A stretch of DNA of 64,000 nt from Mobula hypostoma (GCF_963921235.1 NC_086097.1:19656001-19720000), one strand, 5' to 3'; counted from the first letter of the stretch, positions 1 to 12,252 are shown. Translations and numbers: made by a program. The notes: generated by a model not told the origin, from the sequence alone.

Positions 1-114
1 CGCTCGACGCTCAACCCAGCACGGATGGAAAGCGTACAGGGAGCCGGCCGGATTCGAACCCGGGACCACTGGCCTTGAAGTCCGGCGCAGATGCCGCTAC
101 ACCATTGGCTGGCT
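1..114 (-). mobile_element. tRNA-derived SINE head (truncated by window edge)
   Basis: Minus strand reads TGGTGTAGCGG (Pol III A box) ... GGTTCGAATCC (B box), then continues into a non-tRNA body. Confidence 0.75.
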
Positions 115-993
115 AAATAGACCTTCACTTTTCCCTTATATAATGCAACATGTCATACGCGTTCCTCCCCTCTAAATCCTGTCCGCCTCTCTCTATGCTG
201 TACCTTATGGCCCACATTGTAACCCAAACTCCCCTGCCCTGGTCAGCCGCTCTATTGCGCACCCCTCCCTTGCCTTGGGCACCCTTTTCTTACCTGACTA
301 ATTGTACTGTCCTCAAGGATTGTTCATGCAGTGGGGCTTTATTCAGTGTAACTTCTTCCCTTAAACCTGAGGCTTTTCTCATCCTCTTCCTGTGTCCACA
401 GTTCCTGGGTCACGGAGGGAAATCTCACTTTAGTCCCTGGAGTAAACTGGCCAGAACTACTTGCTTTACACAGCTGAGTCGCCCATCTGTATGGGAGGGG
501 TCGTGACTGTCACGTGACAGCACTGCCCATTTACCTGGTCAAAAGACACGCCACCTGCCGATCAAGGTTTGACCCCTCCTCGCCCACCAATGCACACCTA
601 ACCATTGGCCCCTTTAATTAGCCTTGTACTTGACCTTGGGCAATTGGCCTTTGTAATCAACTTAACCCTGCTGGCACTGAGCCATTGGCTTCCCTGTGAA
701 TCACCTGGGCTGGACTCATCAGCCCTGCTGCACTGAGCAGTGCCTGAAAACTTTCAGCCCGGGCAGAACGTGCAGAAGATCGGGGTGGGCTGGAGTTGCC
801 AATTCCACTAGGACTTTCCTGGACATCCATACCAGCACTATTCCAGTGGCCTGTTGGTTGGTTAGCCAAGGGGATTAATCTTGACAGTTAGCATGCAGGA
901 TTGCTTGGGTAGGGAGAAAGGGATTCATTGTTGTCCCTCAGTGCCTTCATAGCAAGCCGAGGTCAAGGGGAAACGTCAAGTCATCACCTCAGT

Positions 994-1530
994 TTAATTC
1001 CACATCCCATTCCCATTCTGACATGTCTATCCACGGCCTCCTCTACTGTAAAGATGAAACCACACTCAGGTTGGAGGAACAACACCTTATATTCTGTCTG
1101 GGTAGCCTCCAACCTGATGGCATGAACATCGACTTCTCTAACTTCTGCTAAGGCCCCACCTCCCCCTCGTACCCCATCTGTTACTTATTTTTATACACAC
1201 ATTCTTTCTCTCACTCTCCTTTTTCTCCCTCTGTCCCTCTGAATATACCTCTTGCCCATCCTCTGGGTCACACCCCACCCCCCTGTCACCTGTCCAGCTC
1301 TCGGCTCCATCCCTCCCCCTCCTGTCTTCTCCTATAATTTTGGATCTCCCCCTCCCCCCCCAACTTTCAAATCCCTTACTCACTCTTCCTTCAGTTAGTC
1401 CTGACGAAGGGTCTCGGCCTGAAACGTCGACTGCGCCTCTTCCTATAGATGCTGCCTGGCCTGCTGCGTTCACCAGCAACTTTGATGTATGTTGCTTGAA
1501 TTTCCAGCATCTGCAGAATTCCTGTTGTTT
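994..1530 (+). mobile_element. 5'-truncated Penelope-like element: GIY-YIG C-terminus plus 3' pseudo-LTR with hammerhead
   Basis: 993-1151 translates FNSTSHSHSDMSIHGLLYCKDETTLRLEEQHLIFCLGSLQPDGMNIDFSNFC*, a PLE endonuclease end; 8-bp TSD ACCTCAGT at 986-993 and 1531-1538. Confidence 0.88.
1397..1432 (+). ncRNA. Minimal type-I hammerhead ribozyme (PLE-associated)
   Basis: AGTC-CTGACGA-AGG(gtctcgg)CCT-GAAA-CG-TC^GACT: intact core, stem I AGTC/GACT, stem II AGG/CCT; predicted cut after 1428. Confidence 0.8.
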
Positions 1531-1964
1531 ACCTCAGTATAGTCACACTTTTACCACTTAGCACTACATTTAACTTTTCTTTGTGTTCTAATTATGTTCC
1601 TTCTTGTCTAATTTGTTTCTCTTTTGAATATTTTGTCTTTGATGCTGCTACAAGTTTTTCATTACAACAAACTTGACTTTGCCTTTGTTTATCATTGTGT
1701 CTGTTCATGCAATAAATTTGACTTTGTTTATCGCCAGCTGCACAAGTGCAGTGAGGTGCAGTACAATAAAAATTAGCAGCAGCAGCATCGCAGGCAGCTA
1801 ACTACAGATAACGCATATTGATCATTCAAGGTGGTGAAGAGAACGGTTGTGCAGATAGGTAGATTTTTGAAAGATGAGGCGATTGAGGGCTGTGAGGATG
1901 TGGCACAGGGGAAGAGTTGAGACCTGGGGTGGATCAGTCACGATCAGACTGAAGGATGGCATGG

Positions 1965-2250
1965 TAGTGAACCAATTACCGTAACACTTTAGAACGGCAG
2001 CTGAAAGATCGCGGTTCAATTCTGTAAGGAGTTTGTACGTTCTCCCCAGACCTGTGTGGGTTTCCTCCAGACGCTCTGGTTTTCTCCCACATTCCAAAGA
2101 CTCACAAATTAGGGTTAGTAGAAGTTGTGGTCATGCTGTGTTGGTGCTGGAGGCACGGCGACACGTGCAGGCTGCCTCCAGCACGTTCTCAACACAAACG
2201 ATGCATTTCATTGTATGTTCTGGTTTCAATGTACGTGTGACAAATAAAGC
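1965..2250 (+). mobile_element. HE1/V-SINE-type SINE
   Basis: Degenerate tRNA head plus V-domain GAGTTTGTACGTTCTCCCC...GGGTTTCCTCC...CTCCCACATTCCAAAGAC; boundaries approximate. Confidence 0.65.
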
Positions 2251-2729
2251 TCATTTTTTAAAAAAAATCTTTAGAATGACAGGCAGGCTTGACGAGCCAG
2301 CGGGGCACAAGAGATTCAGTGGGTGCTGCAAATCTTGGGCAACGCACACCAATACTGGAGGAGCTCAGCAGGTCAGGCGGCATCCTTGGAGGAGGGTAAA
2401 GAGTTGGAATTTCATTGCCGAGACCCTTCGCTGGGGCTCAGGACTCGTGAGCCCAGTGGGACGATTCCTGCTCTTGTGTGGCTGAAGAGGCAATTGCAAA
2501 GTGTGCCACTGGGTGGTGCTGGAGGACACAAGAATACCGGAAAGTGGCGCTGTGCTCAGCCCGTATTCCCAGCACTTGACTTGCCCATTCATCAGACGCT
2601 GGGCCTGAACCACCCGTCAGGAGGATCACACAACCCCACGAGGGTCCTGGGTCCCTCACTGACCAAAACTCGACCGCAGACCTGGGCTTCTTGTCGCGGG
2701 ATTTAAGAAAAATGGATGGTTTTGGGCTG

Positions 2730-2948
2730 CAACACACATCAAAGTTGCTGGTGAACGCAGCAGGCCAGGCAGCATCTCTAGGAAGAGGTACAGTCAACGT
2801 TTCAGGCCGAGACCCTTCGTCATTTCAGGGTCTCGGCCTGAAACGTCGACTGTACCTCTCCCTAGAGATGCTGCCTGGCCTGCTGCGTTCACCAGCAACT
2901 TTGATGTGTGTTGCTTGAATTTCCAGCATCTACAGAATTCCTGTTGTT
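2730..2948. mobile_element. Palindromic Penelope pseudo-LTR insertion
   Basis: ~90-bp inverted arms folded inside the hammerhead core; 13-bp TSD TGGTTTTGGGCTG at 2717-2729 and 2949-2961. Confidence 0.85.
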
Positions 2949-3679
2949 TGGTTTTGGGCTGTGTAGGAGGGAAGGATTAAATTGAACACAGAGTATGTTT
3001 TATAGGTCAGTAGAGCAGTGCAGGCTGAAGGCCCTGTGTTCTAACTTCTGTGACCCTTATGCAAAGGTTAGTGCTGCAACCCTTATTGTTTGTGCTACAT
3101 ATTAATGATTTGGATGTACGTTTGTAAATATGGGAGGTATGAAGGGCCTCAGCCCTAAATGGCAACTATTTATTCCTGTCCATAGATGCTGCCTGACCTG
3201 CTGAGTTCCTCCAGTGTTAGATGTGTGTGACTCTGGATTTCTAGCATCTGTAGATCCCTTGTGTTTGTGGGTGTGATCAGTAAGTTGGCGGATGACATGA
3301 AGGTTGGTGGTGGTGTGGAGAGCAAGGAAGGTTGTCCAAGGCTACGGCATGATACAGATTAGATAGGAAGTTGGACAAAGGGTTAGCAGGTGGAATTTAA
3401 TCCCGAAATGTGAGGTGATGAATTTTGGCAAGTCTCACAGACACAGGACACATACAGTAAGTGGTACAGTGTGATGGAGTGTGGATGAGCAGAGAGCTTA
3501 ATTCAAATCCCCCCTTCCCTGGCAGTGGCAAAGTGAGTGGATAAGGAGGTGAAGGAGCATGTGACGAGCTTCTTGTGTCACGGTAGAACAGATAAATTAA
3601 CAGTTTATTATTAACATACGTACCGAAGTACAGTGAAAAGCTTGTCTTGCATACCATCCATACAGATCCAGTTATTTAC

Positions 3680-3955
3680 TTAGTAATACAGTGCAAAGTA
3701 GGCCTTTGGAGCCACACTGCCCCATGACCCCACAACCCCAGGACCCCAAATAACCCCAACCTAATCACGGAACAACTTATAATGTCCAGTTAACATCTTT
3801 GGACTGTGGGGGGAAACCAGAGCATCCGGGGAAAACCCACACATTCCACGCGGAGGACTTACAGACTCCTTACAGAACGATGCCGGAATTGAACTCCAAA
3901 CTCCGGAACGCCCCGAGCTGGTACAGTGCCACACTCACCACGACACCACCGTGGC
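3680..3955 (-). mobile_element. HE1/V-SINE-type SINE
   Basis: Reverse-complement V-domain CTTTGGACTGTGGGGGGAAACCAGAGCATCCGGGGAAAACCCAC. Confidence 0.65.
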
Positions 3956-3959
3956 TTCA

Positions 3960-4600
3960 GGATGTACAAGGTAAAAACAGTCATAGTGCAGAATAAAGTG
4001 TTACGGAGAAAGTGCAGTGCAGGTAGACCAAGGTGAAAGGTCACAATGAGGTACATTGTTAGGTCAAAAATCCATCATGTCTTACTAGGGAAGCATTCAG
4101 TAATCTTATAACAGTTGGATTGAAGATGTCTTTGTTCCTGGTGATACCTGCTTTCGGTATTTTCTGCCCAATGAGAGAGGGGAGAAGAGAGAATGCTTGG
4201 GGTGGGTGGGGTCCTTGATTATACTGGCTGAGGTAATGAGGCAGCAGGAAGTGTGGACAGAGTCTGTAGAGAAGAGGCTGTTCCTGTGATGTGCTGAGCT
4301 GTGTCCGCTGCTCTCTGCAGTTTCTTGTGGTCACTGGCACAGCAGTTGCCATAACAAACCGGGTTACATCCTGGCGGGATCCTTTCAATGCTGCATTGAG
4401 GTTCAGAGGGAACAGGCCTCCCGAGGAAGTGAGACAGTGGTGAGAGCTTTCTCGGCTGTGTCATCAACGTGGTCGGACCAGGACAGGCGGGTGGTGATGT
4501 TCACTTCTTGGAACTGCCAATCCTCTTGACCTCAGCACTGTTAATATCAGCAGGAGCATGGAGTCCTGAGGTCAATGGCTAGTTCTTTGGTTTTTCTTAT
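3960..4600 (-). mobile_element. Rex1/Babar-type LINE relic
   Basis: Degenerate C-terminal frames (CYGNCCASDHKKLQRAADTAQHITG; PHPPQAFSLLPS...FNPTVIRLLN). Confidence 0.6.
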
Positions 4601-4739
4601 TGAGGGAAAGATAAAAGTTAGGACTTAATGTTTCAACTTTACACAGCTGGTTGTACTTCACTTGGAGTTTTGTGTGCAGTTCTGGTCACACACCTGAGGA
4701 AGGATGTGATTTGTTTTGGAGTGAGCACAGAGGAGATTT

Positions 4740-4877
4740 GCAAACAGGAGGAATTCTGCAGCTGCTGGAAATTCAAGCAACACACATCAAAGTTGCTGGT
4801 GAATGCAGCAGGCCAGGCAGCATCTCTAGGAAGAGGTACAGTCGAAGTTTCAGGCCGAGACCCTTCATCAGTAGTCC
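4740..4877 (-). mobile_element. Penelope pseudo-LTR 3' end inserted into a CR1 relic
   Basis: Reverse complement of the 1400-1530 end; joined to an inverted copy of local DNA at 4878-4975. Confidence 0.8.
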
Positions 4878-6456
4878 TGACACAGCCGAGAAAACTCTCA
4901 CCACTGTCTCACTTCCTCGGGAGGACTGTTCCCTCTGAACCTCAATGCAGCATTGAAAGGATCCCGCCAGGATGTGATTCATCAGGATTGACGGACTTTG
5001 GACAGGCTTGGCTTGTTTTCTTTGGAGTGAACGAGGCTGAGTGTTGACTTGATATGGGCACAGATGGGATAGGTGGTTAGAATCAGAATCTTTCTCCCCG
5101 TGGTGAATCACAAACAAGAGGGATAGACTTGGGGTGAAAGAAAGGACTTTTAAAGGAGATTCGAGGGGAAAGCTTTCCACACAGAGTGTTGATCTTTAGA
5201 ACTCACTGCTGAAGGATATGGTGGCATTGGATACAAGCATGACTTTTAAGAAAGAGGTACTTACATGGGAAAGGCATACAAGGGTATGGACTTAATGTGG
5301 GCGTTTGGGCTGAGTGCAGATGGGTAATACGATCACAAGGTCTTGCTGGACATTAAGAACGTAAAGTACTGGAGGTCTACGCCATCAGCAAGTTGCTCCT
5401 TGGCGGATAAAATGAAGGAGCTGTGCATCGTGCTGCTGCCTGTGTTGAAGGAGGCGTACAGTCTAACAGCAAGTGACCATCTTGGTCACTTTACTTGTGA
5501 TCGCAAGACCCTTTGGCCATTGTTAATGTGGAGTGCCGCACGTTTGATTCACTGATTTGTTGGCTAAGAGCAGGGGCGGATGGCAGGGGAGCTGCGTGGC
5601 CTCGATTGTAGAGAGGATTAGGCCTTAAGCTGTGGGCATCGCCTGTTTACAGCTGCCAAGAGAGGTGTCAGAGTTGGTACGCTCAACCAGGGGCGGTGTG
5701 GTGCAGTGTCCAGGCTGGAGACAGTGCTGCCCCCCAGTGTACACTCAGCAGACGACAAGCTGTGTTGTGGTCAACTGCAGATTTCTGCGGCATTCATGGA
5801 TCAGGCCTGGTCTTTTGTTGTGTGGCTGTATCTTGCTGATATCTTTGCGTGCTTTGTGACTGTTGGGACTGTGTTTTGCACCTTGGCCCCAGAGAAATGT
5901 TGTCTCATTTGGCTGTATTCATGTATTGCTGAATGACAATTAAATTCGAATTAAATTGAAAATAATAACCTATTGTGGATCAAGGACTGGTCAACAGACT
6001 GAAAGGAATGAGTAAGAATAAGCTGGGGTGCTGTAACAAAGAGATCGGTTCTGTGCCCCAGATGTTCACAGTCTCTCAGTGAGTTGAATGGGGAGTGCAG
6101 GTGTAATTTGTTTAAGCTTGTTGATGTTGCCAAGCTGGGAGTCAGTGTGAGGATGATGCAGAGAGACGTCAGGACAATATGGGCAGACTAGGTGAGTATA
6201 CACGCAATAGAGTGCATGGCTTCCTAGCTTCCCAAGGCAGTACATCCATAATATCATCAACCACATTACAAAGCCCCAGTTCCACTCATGTGGCCTGTGA
6301 ACAATGACATATCAAATGGGGTCACAAGCTCCACCCTTACCTGCCCAGGTTGAGCTTTGAGCAGGGTGACGACTGTAGCCTGTGTCTGTCAGGGGAACCT
6401 TGCCTGTAGCCGTGTGGGTGTAGCTGCTGCTGATCTTCGTCCTCTCCTTCTCACAG

Positions 6457-6548
6457 AACGCCTTCGTGTCCATCTACCTGATCAACTGTTTCAGCCGCCT
6501 GATTGACCTCTCCACCACCATGTCCGACCTCGCGGGCTACGCACACAG
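6457..6548 (+). CDS. ABCD4: ABCD4 coding exon (exon 10 equivalent)
   Basis: tcacag|[31 protein letters not shown]|gtaggt; 92 bp; matches the end of the ABCD4 transmembrane domain. Confidence 0.93.
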
Positions 6549-6774
6549 GTAGGTGACGGCAGACCAGCGCGAGAGAGCGTGGGGGCGGGGCGAGGGAGAG
6601 AGGGAGGGGAGTTTGAAAAAGGGTGACAGCAAGAGGAAGGAGAAGAGATCGAGGTGTGTAGGAGCAGGGAGAGAGTGAAGGGGAAAGGCTGGAAAAGGAG
6701 AGGGAGTGTGGAAGAGGGTATGGACTGGGCAAACCATGCTAGCAATAACAACGTGGTGAACAAACTCCATGTGG

Positions 6775-7035
6775 GGCGCCGTGGTAATGTAGCAGTTAGT
6801 GCAACGCCATTGCAGCTTGGGGCGTCGGAGTCTGAAGTTCAATTCTGGCATCCTCTGTAAGAAACTTCGTACGTTCTTCCCATGAGGGGTTTCCTCCAGG
6901 TGCTCCAGTTTCCAGAGACCTATCGATCAGTAGATTAATTGATCGTTGTAAATTGTCCAGTGATTAGGTGGGATGCTGGGCGATGCGGCTCGGAGGGCCA
7001 ATAGGCCCCGTTCTACACTTCGTCTCTGAATAAAA
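6775..7035 (+). mobile_element. HE1/V-SINE-type SINE
   Basis: tRNA-like head GTGGTAATGTAGCAGTTAG...GTTCAATTC plus V-domain; A-rich end. Confidence 0.6.
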
Positions 7036-7199
7036 AAACTCATGTAGAAGAGGCTGATAGGTTGATGAAAGAACAGGATGTTTTGCATGGAGTGTTGTAC
7101 ATTGAGAAACAGTAAACTGGTAATGAGGTATTTAAGGATCCTGTAGGGTGAGCATAATTTGGTAGAAATTTGAAGGAAAAAAATTGGAAGTAATTTATT

Positions 7200-8860
7200 T
7201 TAATCTTGTGTGCAGTACCACTGCCCTATTACAGGAAGGATGTGGAGGTTCTGCAGAGGGTACGAGGATGCTTGCTGGATTAGATGGCATTGTTACAAGG
7301 AGAGGTTGGACAAACTCGAATGGTTTTCTCTGGAGATTTGGAGGCTGAGGGGAGATCTAATAGGAGTTTATAAAATTATGTGAGGTGCAAATAGGGGAGA
7401 TGGCCAGGATCTTTTTCGCAGGGTAGCGTTGTCAAATACCAGAGGACATGCAGAAGGACTAGAATAGCTAGAAGGAGCGGAAATCCCTTTAGAACAGGGA
7501 AGGAGGAAGAATTTCTTTTAGCCGGAGGGTGGTGAATCTTTGGAATTCATTTGCACAGACAGCCGTGGAGATTAAGTCATCGGGAATATTTAAAGGGAGG
7601 TTGATGGCTTCTTGATTAATAAGGACGTCAAAGGTTGCAGAGAGAAGGCAGGAGAATGGGGTTGAGAGGGATAATAAATCAGCAATGATGAAATGATGGT
7701 ACAGACTCGATGGGCCAAATGGCCTGCTTCTGCTCCTAAGTCTTACGCATGTAAGGTGACAAAAGTAACTTTATTATTTGAGTAAGACAGCAGAAGTTAA
7801 AAAGGGAACTGTGAACCAGTTAATCTGACATTTGTGGAAAAAATGTTAAATCTATCATTAAGCAGGTAACAGGGTTCTTGGAAATAATATTAATTGGATT
7901 GGGCAAGTTAATGATGTATAAGAGGATTTATGGATTTACATTTGACAAATCTAGATTTTTTTGATGCTCTAATTACTGAACTGAAGGGGTAACTAAAAGA
8001 TCTGAATTTGACAAGACTCTTTGAGACGCCACACAAGAGGTTTTTAAATAAAATTAGACACAACTGTTTGGAATAGAAAACTGGTGTGGATGGTGATTGG
8101 TTAATCACACTCCCTGTGAATGGGCTACGTTTGAGTCGGGGGGCTATGTCGCAGAAATTGGTGCTGGAACACCAACTGTTCATTATTAATATCATTGATT
8201 TGTGTAAGATATCCTCAAATTTAAAAAGTCAGAATTGCTGGAAATACTGAACAGTTCAGGCAGCTGGAGAGTTCCTGGAAATCCATCCAGTCGCTAAGCT
8301 TGATGACTGTGCCACATGTAAGGAGGGCTCAGAGGATTTAGGGGAATATACACCAGCAGAGTGAATCGGCTAGGCTATTGCAGGCAGCATAAAAAGAACC
8401 TAAGAAAATGAGTGGTTACCCACAGGCAGAAACTCATGCTATATATTATCTACCTGTATAAGCTATTTTATGAAACCCATCATTGAAACCAATTGATGTG
8501 GAAAGGCCTTGATAAAGTGGATGTGGAGAGGATGTTTCCGATGGTGGGAGAGTCTAAGACCAGAGGCAGAGCCTCGGAATAGAGGCGTGTCCTTTTAGAA
8601 CGGTGATGAGGAGGAATTTCTTTAGCCAGAGAGTGGTAAATCTGTGAAATTCATTGCCACGATTGACTGTTGAGGCCAAGTGTTTATGTATATTTAAGGC
8701 AGAGGTTGATAGATTCCTGATTGGTCAGGGCATGAAGGAAATGGGGAGAAGGCAGGAGATTGGGGCTGAGACGGAAACTAGATCAGCCATGATGAAATGG
8801 CGGAGCGGATGTGATGGGCCAAATGGCCCAATTCTGCTCCTATATCTTATGGTCTTGTAT
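7200..8860 (+). mobile_element. Cluster of decayed CR1-type LINE fragments
   Basis: Repeated CR1 3' ends (GAGGAAGAATTTCTTTAGCC...GTGGTGAATC...GGGCCAAATGGCC...CTTATGGTC); boundaries approximate. Confidence 0.65.
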
Positions 8861-9670
8861 TTATTGTGTTTTTATATTACTGTATTCTTAACCTTAATGT
8901 GTTTTGAATTGAATCTGGAGTAACCCCTTGTGTATTAGAAATGACATTAAACAATCCTGAATCTTGAAAGGTAGATTGTATTTTAAATGGTTAGAGATTG
9001 AAAGCATTGATGTTCAAAAGGACCTGGGTATCCTTGTGTACGAATGACTGAAGGTTGACTTTGTGGGTACAGGAAGCAGTTACAAAAGTTGTGTTTATTT
9101 TTGACCTGGGGATTTGACTAGAACAGTAAATACATCTTTCTGCGGGGAGACATGGCCCTGCTGAGACCAGACCAGGAACATTATGTGGATTTGAATCGCT
9201 AAAGCATGGAAGGGAGTGGGGCTCGACGTGGAAAATGGGGTTAGTCTAGACTGGGGCTTGATGGTTACCACTGGCTTGGTAGGCCGAAGCATCGTACGTT
9301 TCTGGTGCCAACGTAGCCTGGCCACAACTTACTGCCGCTAACCTGTACGCATTTGGAATGTGGGAGGAAACCAGGGCGCTTGGAGGAAACCCACGTGATC
9401 ACAGGCAGAACGTACACACTCTTTACAGATAGCGTCAGGAATTGAAACCCAATCTCCTGTGCACCGGTGCTGTAAAGTGTTGCATTAACAGCGGTGTCAA
9501 ACCCAGACCTTCAGATTATGAGACTGGCGCGGTGCCTGCTACAGTAAGAGGTCGCTCAGTGTAGAAGGCCCTTTGAGTTGAATTTTATTCGTGGCCGTGT
9601 TCGGGACCACCCTTCACATCCCATCCATCCTCACTGTGTTTCTCTGTCTCCTCTGTGCTGTTGCTGACAG

Positions 9671-9763
9671 AATCGGGGAACTACAAGAGGTGATTGTTAA
9701 GCTCTCCATGTTGCACCAGACAGGCAAGCGCTCAGCAGACAGACACCCACCCGGATCTGAGGA
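9671..9763 (+). CDS. ABCD4: ABCD4 coding exon (exon 11 equivalent)
   Basis: tgacag|(R)IGELQEVIVKLSMLHQTGKRSADRHPPGSE|gtaagt; 93 bp; phases fit both neighbours. Confidence 0.85.
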
Positions 9764-10338
9764 GTAAGTCTCACTGACAGCAACGAGCACTAACCCGACC
9801 CCATTTTCCATCCACCTTTCCCCTTTTCCCTCCTTCCGTCCCCCATCCCCCCTATCTTTTTGCCTAACAAGAGGGGCTGCGAAGAGGGGTGGGTGGGGTA
9901 TTTGACTATGTCAGCTGCTCAGCTAAGGCAGCGAAGTATAGACAGTCCCCGTAGACAGGGGACTGGATCCCGTCATGTGCTGAGCTGTGTCCACACACAG
10001 TTTCCTGTGGTCACGTGCAGAGCAGTTGTCGAGCCATGATGCATCCAGATAGGATGCTTTCTGTGGACAATCAATAAAAAATTGGTGAGGGTTAACCCGC
10101 CAAATTTCCTTATTAGCCTCCTGCTGAAGTAGAGGCGCTGCTGAGCCTCCTTGGCCATAACTTGCGATTGGCAGGAGCCTGCAGTGTGTCCCACTGACAG
10201 CACTTTGCCACTCACACGGATTGGAAAGGCCATGATGCCCGCTTCTCACACTTCCTCTGCTTTCCCTTCATCTGCCTATCACCTGGATCCACCAACCATT
10301 TGCTAGCTCTTCTCCTACCAGTTCCCCTCACCCCTTCA

Positions 10339-11856
10339 CAGTGCCTATAAAAAGTATTCACTCCCCACACCCCCTTGGAAGTTTGTTGTTTTACAACATC
10401 GAATCACAGAAGATTTAATTTGGCTTATTTTTTGACACTGATCAATAGCAAAGGACTCTTTCATGTCAAAGTGAAAACAAATCTCTACAAAGTGATCTAA
10501 TGTAATTACAAATGTAAAACACAAAATAATTGATTGCATAAGTGCTATAGGTAAGCCTAGTAATTTCTAAGGTAGGGACATGTTCGGCACAGCTTTGTGG
10601 GCTGAAGGGCCTGTATTGTGCTGTAGATTTTCTATGTTTCTATGTTAAGTATTCACCCCCTTCAAGTCAGTATTTAGTAGATGTACTGTTGGCAGAAATT
10701 ACAGCCTTGAGTCTGTGTGGATAGGTCTCTATCAGCTTTGCACATCTGGACACTGCAATTTTTCCTCATTATTCTTTACAAAACTGCTCAAGCTCTGTCA
10801 GATTACATGGGGATTGTGAGTGAACCCTCTTCAAGTACGGCTACAAATTCTCAATTAGATTGAGGTCTGGACTCTGACTTGGCCACTCGAGGACATTAAC
10901 TTTGTTGTTTTTAAGCCATTTCTGTATTGCTTTGGCTTTATGCTTGGGCTCATTGTCTTAATGGAAAACAAATCTTCTCCCAAGTCGCATTTCTCTTGCA
11001 GACTGCATCAGGTTTCCCTCCAGGATTTCCCTGTATTTTGCTGCATTCATTTTACCCTCTACCTTCACAAGCCTCCCAGGGCCTGCTGCAGTGAATCATC
11101 CCCACAGCATGATGCAGCCACCACCATTCTTCACAGTAGGGATGGTGTGTTTTTGATGATGGGCAGTGTTTGACTTACACCACTGAATACGCTAGTGTTG
11201 TATGCGCTGTCTGTTCCATCTCAGCAACTGAAGCTTCTAACTCCCCCTGCGATGTCATAGTCTCCTGGTTGCCTCCCTCACTCGTCCCCTTCTTGCACGA
11301 TCACTCAGTTTTTGAGGATAGCCTGCTTTAGGCAGATTTACAGCTCTGCCATATTCTTTCCATTTCTTGATGATTGATGTTACTGTACTCAAAGGGATAT
11401 TCAGTGACTTGGAAATCTTGTATCCAAGTTCAGACTTGTGCTTTTCATTAACCTTTTCGTGGAGTTGCTTGGAGTGTTCTTTTGTATTCACGGTGTAGTT
11501 TTTGCCAGGATACTGACTCACCTGCAGTTGGACCTTCCAGATCCAGGTGTATTTTTACTACGTTTGAAACACCTTGACTGCACACAGTGATCTCCATTTA
11601 AGTAATTACGTGACTTTTAAAACCAGTTGGCTGCACCAGTGATGATTTGGTGTGTCATATTAAAGGGGGTGAATATTTAAGCAATTATTTTGTGTTTTTT
11701 ATTTATAATTGATTTAGATCACTTTGTAGAGATCTGTCTTCACTTTGATATGAAAGGTTTTTTTTTCTGTTGATCAGTGCCAAATTAAATCCACTGTGAT
11801 TCAATGTTGTAAAACAATAAAACATGACAACTTCCAAGGGGGGTGAATACTTTTAT
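10339..11856 (-). mobile_element. Tc1/mariner DNA transposon relic
   Basis: ~200-bp inverted termini (CAGTGCCTATAAAAAGTATTCA ... TGAATACTTTTATA); ORF 11255-11521 is the Tc1 HTH region (GYKISKSLNIPLSTVTSIIKKWKEYG); small CR1 tail inserted at ~10543-10645. Confidence 0.85.
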
Positions 11857-12252
11857 ATTGGCTGTCTCTCCTCTCTCAGTCCAGGTGAACGGTCTCAACC
11901 CGATATGGACAGTTGATGTTTCCCAGAACATAAAACAGAACAGCACAGTAAGTCCCTTCGGCCCATCATGTTGTGCCAAGCTCACAAGCTTCAAAGTCAA
12001 TCTAACGTTTTCCTCCCACGTTGTCCTTCATTTATCTTTCATCCACGTGTTAGGTTGAGACTGTCAACAATTTCCCACTGCAGATGCTGCCTGACCGGCT
12101 GAGATCCCCCAGCGTTTTTTCCCCTGTACGGTTGAGGGTGACATTCACCAGGTTTACTGGGAGCTGGTGGTGCTTGCGGGATGCGGTGTGGTCTCGTGGG
12201 TCTGCAGGGGCCGTGTTGGCAAAGCTAACATTGTCACCCTGACCTTCTCCAG

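Noticed and set aside
40..114. tRNA-like sequence on - with CTTCAAG loop (TCA anticodon, selenocysteine or suppressor-like)
   Set aside because: It runs into a SINE body and lacks a proper acceptor stem and the long variable arm; TCA is probably CpG decay of TCG
151..886. Possible solo LTR (TGTCA...TGACA, palindromic CTGTCACGTGACAG, minus-strand AATAAA)
   Set aside because: No matching TSD and ambiguous left end; cannot be supported without a repeat library
1138..1479. Recurrent ORFs MLVNAAGQAASLGRGAVDVSGRDPSSG and PDEGSRPETST (also near 2691, 4628, 34702, 35187, 56348)
   Set aside because: Translations of the non-coding Penelope pseudo-LTR and hammerhead, not a protein family
2730..2948. 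Palindromes as CRISPR repeats, miRNA genes or bacterial terminators
   Set aside because: Dispersed, no spacer periodicity, eukaryotic context; fully explained as PLE fold-back insertions
1..6456. Search for earlier ABCD4 exons
   Set aside because: No matching peptide or splice pair found; they presumably lie left of the window
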